A stretch of DNA of 62,688 nucleotides, counting the filler. It is 6 parts of 6 records of this genome, joined end to end, with 100 filler letters (N's around TTAATTAATTAA, not from the genome) between each part and the next. Parts side by side here need not be neighbours in the genome. Positions count along the whole stretch, not along the records: positions 57,241 to 62,688 come from SRR20825019_377; 5 more parts are not named here. The stretch is one strand, 5' to 3'. Every line of letters starts with the position of its first letter. The first letter of the stretch is position 1. Below the pieces are notes generated by a model. The model made no database searches and was not told the DNA's origin. It saw only the letters and a list, made by a program, of their open reading frames with translations. Below, piece after piece: positions 62,512 through 62,688 of the stretch. The translations under genes were made by a program, and so were the position numbers.

Positions 62512-62607
62512 TTATATTTATTCTTGAAATGTATCCGTTTGTTTCTGAGGTTAACCATAATGTTCATCAATACCCTTTCCCCCATATTAAAATAGAATTT
62601 AATTCCA

Positions 62608-62688
62608 ATGTCCGACGAAAAGAAGGACAAGAAGGACAAGGATAAGAAAGAAAAGTCCGACAAGTCCGACAAGAAGGATAAGGTTGAT
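62608..62688 (+). CDS. Start of a K/D-rich protein, 3'-truncated
   Basis: MSDEKKDKKDKDKKEKSDKSDKKDKVD; same strand as neighbours, AG shortly upstream. Confidence 0.55.
   Translation, partial: MSDEKKDKKDKDKKEKSDKSDKKDKVD

Overview
This is not one locus. Six unrelated contigs are joined by five artificial 100-nt spacers (44 N + TTAATTAATTAA + 44 N). (1) 1-27662: high-GC gammaproteobacterial chromosome, most like Marinobacter, mostly housekeeping genes (photolyase, moaA, nsrR, desaturase module with regulator, wax ester synthase, prkA-yeaH-spoVR) plus an orphan MalE-like protein paired with a chemoreceptor. (2) 27763-35211: low-GC Flavobacteriaceae-like metal(loid) resistance island. Its ars operon is unusual: arsR, a signal-peptide-bearing ArsC-like protein with a destroyed active site, DUF6428-like protein, a CGC-bearing metallophosphoesterase, lipoyl carrier GcvH, acr3. 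A mer-like module bounded by 47-bp imperfect direct repeats follows. (3) 35312-42006: intronless, co-oriented kinetoplastid-like eukaryotic genes, including a papain protease and a calcineurin-like pseudophosphatase. (4) 42107-47443: protist contig with ~50-nt introns (coiled-coil protein, GlcNAc kinase), preceded by a ~1 kb very GC-rich, strongly self-complementary element. (5) 47544-57140: Rhodobacteraceae-like chromosome (phaAB, decayed NemR-like regulator, ispB, ispE). (6) 57241-62688: a second intronless co-oriented eukaryotic contig with a probable base-J glucosyltransferase next to NOG1. The best candidate for an undescribed system is the GcvH/metallophosphoesterase/pseudo-ArsC arsenic operon. 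Taxonomy and family calls come from composition and recalled motifs, not database searches.
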